Source of the DNA: an uncultured candidatus Porisulfidus sp.
GTDB lineage: Bacteria > Pseudomonadota > Gammaproteobacteria > Poriferisulfidales > Poriferisulfidaceae
NCBI GenBank assembly: GCA_965204575.1
Contig: OZ241993.1
Span: forward strand, 480,001-544,000
Reading direction: 5' to 3'
DNA length: 64,000 nt
Shown here piece by piece: positions 63,970 to 64,000 of this stretch (position 1 is its first letter; each line of letters starts with the position of its first letter). The notes beneath the pieces were generated by a model, which was given only the letters and a program-made list of their open reading frames with translations, was not told the DNA's origin and made no database searches. Position numbers and translations under genes: made by a program.

Positions 63970-64000
63970 ATGGGACAACCATTCAAAACAGACCTGGAAA
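63970..64000 (+). CDS. Start of next CDS, possibly formate-tetrahydrofolate ligase
   Basis: GGAGG RBS, then MGQPFKTDLE. This resembles the Fhs N-terminal K(S/T)D(I/L)EIA. Only 10 codons are visible. Confidence 0.35.
   Translation, partial: MGQPFKTDLE

Overview
A GC-rich gammaproteobacterial chromosome segment at the replication origin. It holds dnaA-dnaN-recF-gyrB, a probable oriC between dnaA and dnaN, and two parS-like palindromes in recF. Most of the window is housekeeping: dapF-xerC, ubiE, rplU-rpmA-obgE-proB-pepP-ubiH-ubiI, rpsT, lgt-thyA-folA, lptD-surA-pdxA-rsmA-apaG-apaH, gpmI, prlC-xth and a membrane PPase. Accessory DNA is inserted between these genes: an ankyrin-repeat gene, a BglII/BstYI-type R-M pair facing a wHTH/HEPN gene pair, four toxin-antitoxin loci (one apparently decayed), a TM0106-type nuclease-helicase and a solo tnpB. 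Best candidates for something undescribed: (1) an operon of at least 8 genes (1-6734) that reads like a MotA/ExbB-type ion motor whose B subunits are Asp-bearing TM-coiled-coil-vWA proteins, coupled to PEGA/FGE-fold and actin-like proteins; (2) a catalytically intact tnpB bracketed by a 22-bp inverted repeat, one copy of which contains its own -35 box; (3) the R-M-linked wHTH-HEPN module; (4) an apparently high frequency of leaderless promoters. I saw no rRNA, tRNA or CRISPR array. All calls come from reading motifs by eye; no database search was run.
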